This document shows, piece by piece, positions 28,001 to 42,028 of a DNA stretch of 64,000 nt. A program made the position numbers and the translations under genes. The notes under the pieces were generated by a model that did not search any database, had not been told where the DNA came from, and was given only the letters and a program-made list of their open reading frames with translations. Location: the NCBI GenBank assembly GCA_951406725.2, contig OX597818.1, positions 105,834,001-105,898,000 of the forward strand. Reading direction: 5' to 3'. Position 1 is the stretch's first letter; each line of letters begins with the position of its first letter. Origin of the DNA: Octopus vulgaris. Taxonomy: Eukaryota.

Positions 28001-31000
28001 GCTGCAGAAGCCCAAATATGTCACGTCGAAACCTTCATCGAAACGATCTCTCAGGGTATAGGGAATCACCTGGGCAAACCCCTTCTTGTACCCATTGGTT
28101 AAGGTCTCGTGAAATATATTCAAATACTTCTCCTAGTGAGGAATCTAGCATCACATTTTCCAGTTACCGTTCAGGTTGGTACAAAAAAGTGCTTAGTTCT
28201 TTTTATATATATATTTTTTTATTCACTTGCTAAGTTCTGGTCAATTTGAATGTGGTATCAATATTCTTCATCTCTTGTTAGAGTATGCATTTTTTTAAAG
28301 TTACAATAATATTTTCATTATTCTCTCTCTCTCTCTCGTTTGACAAGAAGTTAGAATTTAAGTCAATCATAAGTAAGCTTTTGAAAAAAAATTTTCATAT
28401 GTATATTTTGAAATCTGATGTAGATTACTTTGGGACAGTGTCTTAGATAACATTGAGCAGAATACATAGCAATATCCTAAGTAGGATACTAATTCTGATG
28501 ATAATTGATTATTGTAAGTAGTTTCCATAAGTGTGTACATGTATGTATACACATGCATGCATGCACACAAACTCTTTACTTTCAAGTTCGTTAAACATTC
28601 TGTTACTTATGCAGTTTTTCAATTGAAAAATTAATCATAAGCTTAAGTCATGTAAACTTTGATACATACACTGAGCACCTTTTTCTCTTGTTTGTATATT
28701 TCAATGCGTATATATAAACTGGTACATTTTAATGTTTATATGAAAAAAGCTCGTTAGCTACAAAGTAAAAGTAAAGAAGGGAAAGTCTTCTAACAGCAAC
28801 AGTACAATTATTCTGGATTAACAATATTTACATACTATCAGAAATAAGCTTGCTTGATGTGTTTTTTAGCAAGTACACTCAAAATAATGAGATAGTTTGT
28901 TAGGACATTAGTATTTTTCTTTGATGGCATGAAAAGATGGGATCTGTTGATATTGAGCAATCAACAAAACTGCTTAAAAATTATCATAATCATTTTATAT
29001 TGGCGTTACCATGATGGCATGGGTTAGAGAGATCTACTGTTTTATGGCTGGATGCTTTTATAATCTCTTATAACATGCAGAGTAACAATCCTCCTATTCT
29101 GAAAACCAGGATACACAGGATGTTCTCGAGTACAAGAAGTGTCAGAAAAAAAAAATGCTTTTCTACTATCAATATTATCCTAATTGTATAACGTTTAATT
29201 AAACTTACACCAATAGACTCTATGGTTAATAAGACTCTCATTCATAACAGTACTGACATGTGCTAGTGGTTATGGTCTTAATCATAAGATTATGGGTTCA
29301 ATTCTGGGTCTGGGTGACACATTGTATCCCTTAGCAAAGCACTTCATTTCATGTTACTCAAGTCTATTCAGTTGTAACAAGTATGAGCAGATTACTAGTG
29401 CAACAAACACTCTCACTCTCTTATATCCTGAATATTCTACTGGATCAAGGATGAGGGGACCCAGAGTTTGTGTGTCTGCTTGTGACTATATATGCACCCA
29501 AAACAATTAGCAAAAGCATGAGATACTACACTGTGCTGTGCTAAGTAGATCTATCTCCGTACAAATATAGACCCTCTCTTATAAAATAGCAATTTGTTAA
29601 CATTTGGCTGCTTCTCTGACGTATTTTATTCAAATGGTGTTGGTTTTATTTGTTATTCAGAGACTTTCCGTACTGGACTATTTGATAGTGATCTTGACAT
29701 CACAAATCAAAGTCCGCAACAAGAGCAATGGAGAAAAGATGAACAGTGGAATCAAGAACTGGAAGACCGGCGGAGACTTGAAGAGCAGCGAAGACTTGAA
29801 GAGCAACGGAGATTTGAAGAGCAGCGGAAACTTGAAGAGCAGCGGAGATTTGAAGAGCAGCGGAGAATTGAAGAGCAGCAGAAACAAGATGAAGAATTAC
29901 GGAAAAGTTACTTATTTAATATGGAATCATTAAGCAAAGAATCTCCAATGAAATCTCACAATAACACCAAAACTATTTTGACAGTGAAAAACACTGTTAC
30001 AGAGATATATGATGATGAATCTGATAAATATACAGAAAAGGGAATTCAAGAAGCAAATCTGAGTAAAGGTTCTCAGAGAGAAGAAGCAACATATGCATCA
30101 GGTGACTTTGTGAAAGAGAGCCGTACTAAACAAGTGACAACTAATATGTATGACTATGTCGATTCTGAGGATTTTTCAATTGGCAGTAGGAGTAGTGGTT
30201 ACTTGAGTGATAAAAACAAAGATTCCAGTACCCTGACTAAAACAAGCTACTACAGTGAGATGCATGCTAACTCTTCTGACAGGCCCCAGAACCATTACAG
30301 TCTCTGGAATATGGTGACTTCTTCATCTAACTATTTAACTACAAAATGCTCAGCTGCTGCAGCAGCAGTTGCAGGTGGAATGAGCAAAATTGGAGGAATC
30401 TTTAGAAAGGAAGAGACAACAAATGTCAGGCATATGTATGGTGAGTAAATAGACTTATTGTTTAACTTTTATAATTCTTCAACAGCTGAATTAATAATTA
30501 GTCACAAACTGCATGCTTATTTTCTGGGCAGTGTCCGGTATCCTAATAATATGAACTATAATGCACAAAGAAACTTTTTTGGGGGAAAAAAAGATACATC
30601 TTAGCACTCATTATAGTTGTGTGCTTAGGTGTTTTAAAAAGAAATGTGTGAGTAGAAGATGAGACCTGTGATGTGATTTAATATATTTGTTAGAAGAGGT
30701 AAGATTTGACTGGTTTGAATGGTAAAGGGCAAAATATATAAGATCATTTTAAAGGCTTTTTACAAAGTGAGTTACAAAGATTGACTTTCATTTTGAAGAA
30801 TTATTTATAGTTAGCTTTAAAATAGCAAGTGTTATAGAACAGAAGCAAGCTTCTTGCGAAAGAAGTTCATGGTTTAGTTTTGATTCTCACTTAGTCATTT
30901 CAATTCATTTACATTTCTAATGTCTTTGAATTAAAAAAGTCATGAATATCAGAAAATCTTGTCTAGTTTCCTGTAAGAATATAAGAAATGGATAATTGAG

Positions 31001-34000
31001 TGTGCTTAGGCACAGGCATGATTGTGTGGTTAAGAAGCTCACTTTGCAATCATGTGGTTTTGAGTTCAGTTCCATTGTGCAACACTTGACCAAGTGTCTT
31101 TTATTATACCTTCAGGCTGACCAATGCCTTATGAGTGAAATTGTTAGGTGGAAACTGCGTGGAAGCCCATTGTGTGTGTGTGTGTGTCTTTATGTTTGTC
31201 ATCTCTCCATTGCTTGACAACCAGTGTCAGTTTGTCTTCATAACAGCAGTTTAGCAAAAGAGATTGATTAGAATAAGTATCAGACTTTTAAGAGTACTGT
31301 GGTCAATCTGTTCGCTTAAACAAAAACCTGGTCAACCTTTTTCAAGAAGCAGGCTGACTGAGACATGGCTCATCATCGAGTAGGTCCAGCTGCTAAAAAA
31401 TTTTAAGATAGGTTTTTGTTTAGGTCAGTCATAGGCCACAGGTTGCCCATGACTGACCTAAACCCTTCAAGGCAGTGCCCTAGCATAGTCACAGTCTTGT
31501 GACTGCAACAGATAAAAGCACTTGATATCATTAGGATGGTATTTGTTATATTTGAATGAATAGTCATGTAAAAGTTTGTCAATATGTATAAAAACTGATT
31601 CTTAGTTTAGTGGATTTTAACTCTTTTATTAATACTCTTAATCTATCAAATTTTAACATTATTTTTTTCTTCTCTCTCTCTTTAGGTCTTGATTCAGATT
31701 CTGAGCTAGGTACTGTATTTATTTCCATTCTACATTTTTTTTGTTTTTCTATTTGAAAAAAAAATGTATACTCCTCATATTTTTAATGGTCTTATGTCTT
31801 TTATCATGGGAAGCAGTGGTGAGAAAGAATTTGCAGCTGCTGGACCTCACTGAGATGACAAGGGACCAGGACTGGTGATTTGCTGTACTTGAGAAGACAC
31901 ATCAAGCCATGTAAAATCCATAAATACAGGCATGTCTTTCATAACCATGTCCTCAGTCCCTCTCTCAGCTGAGAGGTCTTTGTCTTGCAAGTGCCAGTGC
32001 CACATAAAATGCACTCATACTGGTGCTACATAAACATACCCAGCACACTTTAAAGTGGTTGGCATTATGAAGGGCATCCAGCCATAGAAACTATGCCAAA
32101 GCAATTGGGGCCTGGACAGTTCCTGTCAAACCATCATGAAAACTGACATGCTAGCATGAAAAATGGATGTTAAATGATGATGCTGATGTATCTCAACCAT
32201 AACATTTGGCTTAAAATCTGAGGATGGAGGTTAGTTGATTACATCAACTTCAGTACTGATTGGTACTATATTCTATCAACTTCAAAAGGATGCTGAAAAG
32301 CAAAGTTGACCTTAGTGGAATTTGAACCTAAAATGTAAAACTGGAAAAAAAAATATTGCAAAGTATTTTTTCCAGCATGCTAATGCTAATGATTCTGTCT
32401 GCTCACTGCCTTTACTATTTTTATAAATTAATTTAACTTCTAAATAATTGTAATTTAAATATTAAAAACAAAAGGAAACAATGGAAAAAGAGAAAAACAC
32501 ATTGTGTTGTTTGCTTAATGAGGCATGTACAAGTAACCCAAATATGCAACATGGTTTCAGTTCTCAGTTTTAGGTATATCTTTAATTTTTTTTTTTAATG
32601 ACATGAACATTATGTATTTTCATTTCTTTTTACCTATTGATTGAAGGCATTGAGCTTGTATAAAGAAATCCACTGTTTTCAATTGAGACATGTGTTAGCA
32701 TGAAGATTTACTAATTTAAATGAATTCAGGGATGTTTCTCTCTGCATCATCCTTGCATATATTCAGTCCACTGCCAGACAAATGCCTCAGTATGTTCTCT
32801 CCACCAACCGCAGTCTGATGTTTTCCTCATCCATGTCCTGTCTGGGTGCTGAAGTATTTAACAATGTCCCTATTCCAACACCTGCATGGTCTTCCCTTCA
32901 GTTTTTCTGGACCTGTTGTCCACTCTGTCAATTTGATATTCCATCTATTGTCCTTTCTTCTAAAAATATCACAAAGACCATTTTGGAGATTAATTTTCCA
33001 GATAATATCGATTAAATCTGTTGCCATTCTTATCTTGTTGTTTCACCACTTATCCATTTTGTTAATCTTCAGCTTTCTCTTTTCCATGGCCCTTTGTGTT
33101 GCTCTTAACTTCTTTCCAATGCTCTTGTTGGTAGTCCATGTTTCTGATGTGTACATAATGGTTAGCAGCACACACTGGTTGAAGACCTTTCTTTTTAGAC
33201 ATTTGGGCAAATTACTGCTCATGATGCGATTCAATTTACCAGAGGCTATTGTATTTGTCATTCAATTTTCTTTGGTCTAATTTTATATCCCTTAATGTCT
33301 CCGAATTGTTGATATTTTTTATTGGGATAGCCAATTCCTTTTTGCTTTTTGGACTATTTCATTGCAATTATTGCTCTTTTGATTCTTCTGTTCTGTCATT
33401 TGATTTTCATATCTTTTCTTCCAGATTATAACAATGACACTGACAGATATATTGAAAAATCCCATGATTTCCATTACACGAGACCTAAGAACAGGAGAAG
33501 ATATCAGGACACTGCGCTTATCAAGGATAATCAAAAGAGTGAGGGAGATTTTTTTTACTATTGTTATATTTTATTAGTTTTTTTACCTTGTCATCTTCTT
33601 TGATAATGGCTTGGATTGGTTCTTTGTCTTGTGTTAATCCTAATTGAATAGATCTATAATCAAGTGCATTCCAACCAGGACCATCCTGTCAATTTGTATG
33701 TATTTATGACTATATTATTGTTGTAATACCTTTTTTTAAGAAAAGGTATGATTTGAGGGAAATTTTAGCTGCTGTTTTTAGCATGTAGAGGCTTCCTTGT
33801 AGGATGGATCGTTGTATTCTTGGAAGTAGTGATCTGGTGATAGTCCTAAGATTATCATGTATGTAATTCAGTACATAAAGCAGGAAAAAATAATAAAACT
33901 GGTGAATATGGGCCATCTTTTCCCATTCAGACTGCTCTAGCCTTTAGAATGTCATCTTTACTGTATGTGGCCGAGCATTATCCTGATGGAAGAACACCTT

Positions 34001-35407
34001 TCGTCTTGAAACCAAAGTCAGTCATTTTTCTTCTAGCACTGACTTAAGCTACTTGCAGCAGATCTCCTTTGTTATAATTTGGTTTGGGTTTAAAAGTTCG
34101 AAGTGGACTAAACCTTTCATATCCCACAAAACAGATGACACCTTACGTGGGTGAAAACCTTCTTTAACCTGGGGTGCCAGTGTTTCTCCTTTCCCTACTC
34201 CCTGTCTTCAGTGCTTGACATTTTTATAGAGAACCCATTTCTCATTACCAGTCACTATTCAGTCCAAAAAAGGTTCATTCGTGAGATGGGACAGCAAAGA
34301 AGAGCACATATCCACTCTCTTGCACCGAGTAGACTTGGAAAGTTTGTGAGGAACCTATTGACCCAATTTACTGACTTTTCCAATGGCACTCAGGTGTCAA
34401 TGAATGGTTGAATGACCAAATCCAAGCTTCTCTACTAGTTCCTCAACAGTTATAATGGGATGTCGTTCCACCAGGGCTTGCAGGACGTCCTCATCAAGCT
34501 CTATAGATCTTCCAGGATGAGGCTCATCTTCTAGGCTGTAGTTTCCAGCTCGGAATTTCAGGAACCACCGTTGACACTGGCTTACGCCAGTTGTCCAATC
34601 CTCATATACTGCAGTAATATTCCTCGCACTTACTGTTGTGTTGTTGCCTTCTTTGAATTAAAAAAGCAAAATATGCTGAATATGCTCCTTTGTCATTTCC
34701 ATTATAGCTTTGAAAAAATAACTGTTAAAATTGAACTGCACTCTTCAAAACTTGCACTAAGAATTAGGTCAAGTTAAAGTTACTACCAGCTTTTATAGCA
34801 AGTTGATGCAGGTAGTTTATCCTATCCTCCTCAAACTTTTAGTTCATACAGTTGAAAAAAACTGCATTATTTATGGGATGATCCAATAGATATTTTCCAG
34901 ATGATGATGATGTATATTAATTAATCCTTTTGTTACTGTATTTATTTTGAGATACTCTGTGTTTCTTTCAATTACATTAAATGTAACAAAGAATTTAGTA
35001 AAATAACTTAGTTATCATTCAGCTAGTGTTAGGAACATAAATTGTGACTAAGGTTTGGTGGAAGATTTTAATTCAAAACTCATGAAAACTCAAAGCCAGA
35101 GCTGGGTTAGTAACGAAAGAATTAAATAGGTAAATGCAGGAAATTTTTGGAACATTGATCTTATGATTAAAGAAATCTAAACTTTCACTGTTACCTTCTC
35201 ACCATTTTTTTATAACATTATCTGAAATTACGTCTTTTCTCATGCAGTTTTAATTTCCAGTTCTTTTAAATAATTTTATTCTCAGGTAATCAAAGTTTTG
35301 TCACTAAATGTGTTACATCAGTTGTAGAATGGTTTGTTCCTTATGAAACATCTGCAGAATCACAAAGGTAAACAAATTTGTATATTTTCCCGTTAGCTTT
35401 TATTTAA

Positions 35408-35450
<43 letters not shown>

Positions 35451-37615
35451 CCTTGCATGTTACCTGGCTTGTAAAAATGTTACATTGGTATATATGTTTA
35501 GAAACTGACAAAACAAATGTCAGTCTATTATAAAATCTTTTGTGGGAAATTCAACAATTCCAAAAATGTGCATAAAATATGTAATCATTTTTGCATATGT
35601 TTCTCATGCTGGCATGCATTGAGCTGGTCTTTGCAATTTGAGTCAGTTTTTATTCAGAGCTACTTCATTCATTGTGTTTGTATGTCTCATTTTTGTTTGG
35701 TTTCTACAGTGGGTGGTTTTCCTATCACCAGCCACTTTACAGTGTGTGCTGGGTGCATAAAATCATAGCATGAGCATTTGAGAAGTTGTCAAATTCTCTG
35801 GTAAGATAGAGCCAAAGGCATCTCTTGACTCTATATTTTCTTTACACAGATCTCAGGTGAGACAGAACTAAAAGAATCTCTCAACCTTAAGTTATATCTC
35901 CGGTTGCTTACCAATCACTTTAAGAGTGCACCACGTGCATTTCATTGTGGCACCAACTCAGAAGAGCTTGCTTTGTACACATTAAATATAAAGCATATTC
36001 ACTACATGTAGAAAATAGAAAGATAATATATACATGTATGTTTCTGTGTGTATCAACATATGTATTTATTCACTCATGTATGTATGTATATATGTGTGTG
36101 TACATGCACAAATGAATAAATACATATGTTGACACACACACATATTTTCCATGCTGGTATTATGCAAGAAAACACCCAGTACATTCTGTAAAGTGGTTGA
36201 CGTTTGGAAGGACATCGAACTGTAGAAACCATGCCATAACTGGAGCCTGGTGCAGTTCTCTAGCTTGCCATCATGCTAAAAGGACATTAAATGATGATGA
36301 ATTTATACACACACACACACAGATATATAACATCAATATCAGTATCTATTTTAACCACTTGTTTTTTACTTTCAGCAGAAGTCGGCGTTGGCTTTGTTGC
36401 TGCTGCCTACCACTGTTGTTGCTGTTCCTTTTACCTCTTCTCCTGGCAGCATTGTGGCCAGTTGGTTAGTATACGTTACGTTTTAGAATAAGTTTAATTC
36501 CATATTAATATTTTCTTTTGACATTAATGTTGACTATATGCTGATACAGTTGTCCTACAAAATTAATTATACAATTAAAGACCTTAAATCTAGTGACACC
36601 TATGCCTTGAAATGCATAATCAGACCACTCATGTAATTCCTATCCTTGAGTGTAGGTATATATATTCTAATGACAATGATAATACTCTGTTTATCTGTTA
36701 ATTTCCTCTAGCTTACTTTTTACACCTGTATTTCTAAGAATAGACACAGTCCTTTATGTTTCACTTAATTTTTAAAATAATCAAGAACGTTGGTGGGATT
36801 CATTAAAATAACTTCCTTTAAATCTGAATGGTGTTTAGCAAAAATGGTTCATACATAAAATTATAATCAAGGGCTTAAACTAATATCCAAACCTTTCAAA
36901 ATAAAGGGGGTTTTTTGTGTTAGGATGACGGTGGTCTCAAGCAGATTGGTATCAAAAGAGTTAATAGTGGAAATCTCATTCTGATCTAGCCTCATCTAGC
37001 ATTTTCTGTGGATCACAGATGATACTAAACTTCAGGTTGTTTCTTGACTTGTGTTTTATTGATACAACATCACAGTATTTGCATCAAATTCATCATGTTT
37101 CTTTCTAAGGCTACATATATACATGCTGTGTCATTCATTTATGCTACATGGGACTAATTTAAGTTACTGTAAATCCTCCTGACAAAACTAAGGAAATAAT
37201 TATTTACTGCTAACTTGTCTGTTGTAATTGTCTGTCAAGCAGATTAACATTAAGAATATTAGTTTTAAGTAATAGACTTAGGGAATTATGTAATACTAAA
37301 CTACATTCACTACATGTAGGTTTGCCCCACAGATAGAATTCTATCAGCATCGACTTCATCTTTCACTCCTTGAGAATTAATAAAGTAAATACTAGTTAAT
37401 AAACTGGAGTAAAATCCTATTGACTGCATATTTCTTCACATCCAAGAAATTGGTCTCATTGCTAACGAAAAGTAATGAATATTATTATTAATATACAAAA
37501 TACGCTCAAGCCAAACCAAGTTTATGGGCTAAGTTTCAATTTCAAATTGCAGTCAATATGCTTCAAGTGCATTGCTTATACCCTTGAAAATAAAGTCATG
37601 AACACCATGCAATTT

Positions 37616-37700
<85 letters not shown>

Positions 37701-40700
37701 CCCTCTTGTTCTTCCTAAAATGTACCTTGTACCTCAATTCCCTTTTTTTTTTTTTTTGCATTTTCTTCTTTCAGCTGGAGTTGCTGAAAAAAATTCCACC
37801 TACTTCATCAATCGCTTCTTCATCCTGCCACTTTTCAATAATAAATCAGAAGTAAGGAAAATTGATCTCTTTTGAATTTGTATTTCCTTTTTTTTTTTTC
37901 ATTTATATATCATCATTTAATGTCCATTTTCCATGCTGGCATGGGTTGGGCAGTATTTATGTTTTTGTACATTTCATTTATTAAGGGCTGCAACATTACA
38001 GCAATAAATTTTTATTTCACTGGATTGGTCAAAAAACAAAATACTGGATATGTATTGAAATTGGTTTTACTGACCTATAAACTCTACCATTGTAAAAATA
38101 CTTAGACATTGCTATATTAACCAGTACAGAGAGTGATATGGTAGCAGAAATGCTACCATAAAACAACTTAATATATTATATTACTATAATATATTCAAAA
38201 TATTATAGAAAGCTCAGATTATTAAATCTTTTAGTATCTTCATACAAGGAATATTATCTAATAACTATATTTTAAATATTCTAGTAAGCCATAGGCTGCA
38301 AATCATCAGAATTTTGTAATATTTTTTCTAACTCACTGTGCCTTGAATTCAAATCCTGCCATGGTCATATTTACTTTACATTCTTTTGGAGTTAGAAAGT
38401 ACCAATTCAGTGTATTGATTTAACAGATCTGTTACAGAGTTAAGTGAAGGGTTTTGTGGTATTTGTTCTGGATCTTTGTATTCTGACAATACTGGCACCC
38501 AGCTGTATCAGCCCAGGTCGTATCTTCAGCAAGATTAAAGGGACCTCAATTCCGTACTCAACAGGGTATACTAGATGCATTTTATCATGGCATCAGCATT
38601 TGAGAGGAGAGAGAGCATGATGGATAGCAAGAAGTGGATACAGGTTGAGGGTGAATGATAAATGTTGCTGTTAAATGACCAGGGAGAGAGAGAGAGTGTA
38701 AGTAGAGTATGTGGGGGTATATGTTTATCTGATGAGGTCCCATAAATACATGCCTCAAGACAAGTGACAGTAAGTGTGATAAGGATGAGAGAAGGGCAGA
38801 TCTCCTGTCGTTCTTAGTTATGCTAGTGGCATAGTATAGTGAGACTAAAAAGAAGAGAGAGTGATTGAGAGACAAGCAAAAGAAAATTACTTTATCTATG
38901 AGGTCATCAGATGTTATCTTCAACCTGCAAAATGTAATCTTACCCTTATTTATTGTGTCACTAACTGAAGTTATCATTTGACATTTTCTTCTTTAGCAGC
39001 AAACTATAGCTCCATTACCAGTTAGTACAACAAACCTGTCCCTTGAACGACGGATCAGTGAATTGATGGTACAGCTGCAAGCTACACAGGATAAGCAAAA
39101 AAGTCAACTAACTCATGCTGATGTTGAACTGATAGTCAAAGAACTCCTTTCAGGCAAATTAGCAGGCTTATCCGGTGATCTTCACGAACAGAAATTGAAA
39201 ACAACTGCTGAAATGGTGATAAATTTTTTTTCAAACATTAAAGGATATATCTTTTAAAATTAAAAATGTTATTTGTTTTTTATTAATTAATTTGCAACTT
39301 GTAATTTTGTTTGATCCCACCTTCATAAATGGTGTAATGAACTTTTACAAGTTAAATAATTAGTAATGATAAAAATGAAAGGATTAACTTTTAATTTAAC
39401 CTTTTCAACAGTTACCTTGATTTAACACAGCTTTATCAAGATTTCTTTCTGGATAATAACAAACAAAGGCAAAACTAAAGTGCAAAAATCAATTTGCCTT
39501 TATGATTTTTTTTTTTTTTTTTTTACACATTTCGTTATCCGTGTTAATTTCCAGGAACAATTAAAACTCAACCAAGCTCAGACTATGGATGAAAGAATTG
39601 CACCTCTTATTGCTGAAGCTAAGGTATTAGAATGTTTTATATTATTTTACATGCTTTTGAGGCCATAAACTCCTGAGCTTACCTGCAGATGTTTCTACTA
39701 TTCCCGAGACTGCTTTTGTTTTCCATCACCTTCCTCAACTTTTCATTCTCCTTTGCCTGTTCTCCTCCTCACTTCACTCCTTCTCTCTCTCACACATGTG
39801 TGTATGTGTGTGTATATATATACACACACAGACAGCTTGCTAGCTAAATAGATAAAAAGCTGTCCATGCCTGATAGCAGGTCAGCTACAGACACAGATAT
39901 GGCTGTGTTGTTGCAAAGTTTGTTTTGTAACCACATAGCGTCAGGTTCCATCCCAATGCATAGCAGCTTCAGCAAGTGCCTTCTGTTGTAGCCTTGTGGC
40001 TAAAATTGGTTGATGGAAATGGTCTGGAAGCCCATCATAAGTGCATGCATGAGTGTTTATTTCTATGTTTTTGCATTAGCAACATTTGGGTGATAGTTAT
40101 CTTAATGTCTAACAATACATCCTATAATTCGGTGGTTGTGGTCTCAGTGATGTTGACATGTGAAGATCAATGGATTAAAAAGTACTCTACTTGAAAGACA
40201 AGTAAGAGTTGGGAACAGGGAAGTTATCTGGCTGAATACCACTGTTTCAAAACATCTTGTCTAACCCATATTAGTATGGGAAAAGTGAGTATAAAAATGA
40301 TGATATATTAAGGGAGTAGTTTTGTCCTAAGATCTAAGCTAGCAACCACATCAAATTTTTCCTTAGTATTTACTTTATTCACCCTTCTACTACCAACATG
40401 TTTCATGTATTTGCATCTTGCCTACATCAACTATTGCTTTTAATATTTAGTTGCTTTTTTTCTCCTTTGTATCTTCAATGCTTGTTTAAACCCTTTTGAT
40501 ACCAACTCATTTCAAGCTTGTCCTGCTTCTGTGATACAAAACTGTCCTTTTTCAAAATGTTCAAACTTAAATTAAAAAATTTTAATCTTCCATCATAATT
40601 TTATTTAAGAATCTTTTGTTAGGTTTTAAGCGGCACAGCAGCTTAAAATGCTAGTTGTTTATATTTTCAAAATTATATATATTAAAATAATAATGAACAG

Positions 40701-41979
40701 TGAGTTATTTTGTTTTTGTTTTTTTGGGAGTTTTTTGCACTTGAGAAATATAGCCACAAAAAGTTAAACATGTCTCATAATGCACTGCTCAGTAGACCTT
40801 GTTCATTTCTCTAAAATTGTTAAGGCTCACTAACTTTAACCCTTTAGCATTTAAACTGGCCCTATCAGCTCAAAATATTCTACCTGTTTTAAGTTCAAAC
40901 TGGCCAGATCCAGCCTCTCACACCTACCATACAATGTCATTGCAAAAATAAACAATCACATTATCAAATTCTCGAAGCAACACGATAATGCATGATTAAT
41001 TCAAAATTATGTGAATGAGTAAGCATTACATTTGACAGAGTAATCTGAATGTTAAAGGGTTAATATCTATGTTTTCACAGTTATGCTGCTACGTATTTCC
41101 TGTATACATATTGTATTTGTCTTTTCATACAATGAATAATAATTCATTTTCATCCTGAAAAAAACTGGGAAGCAGTTTTCCAAACCACCATGCTATCACT
41201 AACACCACCTCCAAAATTGTCACCTAACAGAATTTTATTTTATATATATCTAGTGAACCATCCATGCATGTCTTCTAAATTTTAACTGTTCACAATTTCT
41301 TCTTAATTTGCTTGCTTAAGATCCCACAGCATCTTATTTTGCTTTCATTGGTATTATGGATATTTTCTTAAAATATTAGTAGCCCATGATAAAGGAAAAT
41401 GGTAAGATTTTTTTTTTGTTATAAACTTTAAAATTAATTTTATTGTAAATTTTATAAACATGAATCCAAGATGGATAAAATATGCACAGAACTAATAAGC
41501 TGAAAAGGTCCTGATGATATGCTTTACCTAACTAACTCCATACCACAAGTACAAATTTTACAAGTTGACTTTCATTTATACTCCAGATTGTTGCTTGCAT
41601 AATTCTAAAGATATAAGAAGTAAAAATATATTTCCAAGACTCCCATGGAGGGATGAAGAATTTGATGTTTTAACACCATCTCTTCATTTGAGAGGGAAAT
41701 GCAAAACAAATTTTCAATTGGTGTTGAAACCTAATGTTCTTAGTTGTTTTTTTTTTCTTAATATTGTTAGCTTTTGGAGAAATTGACTTTCTTTCAGCAA
41801 CCTAGCAATTTCAAAAGTAAAATGCTCATGGCTGTGTGGTAATTAGCTTGCTTACCAACCACATGGTTCCGGGTTCAGTCTTACTGCATGACACCTTAAG
41901 CAAGTGTCTTCTACTATAGCCTCGGGCCACCTAAAGACTTGTGAGAGGATTTGGTAGGCAGAAACTGAAAGAAGCCCAT

Positions 41980-42028
<49 letters not shown>

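Noticed and set aside
29604-29933. Overlapping alternative ORFs (+109 aa and -69 aa)
   Set aside because: Shadows of the 18-bp coding repeat in the SUN exon.
37475-37855. 126-aa ORF with an SLSLSL run
   Set aside because: Arises from the (TC)n microsatellite; the true exon 37775-37851 is read in another frame.
41771-41816. Exon-like segment LLEKLTFFQQPSNFK after a TTAG acceptor
   Set aside because: It would end in phase 1 at a weak donor and break the frame; 39623 joins 42944 directly in phase 0.
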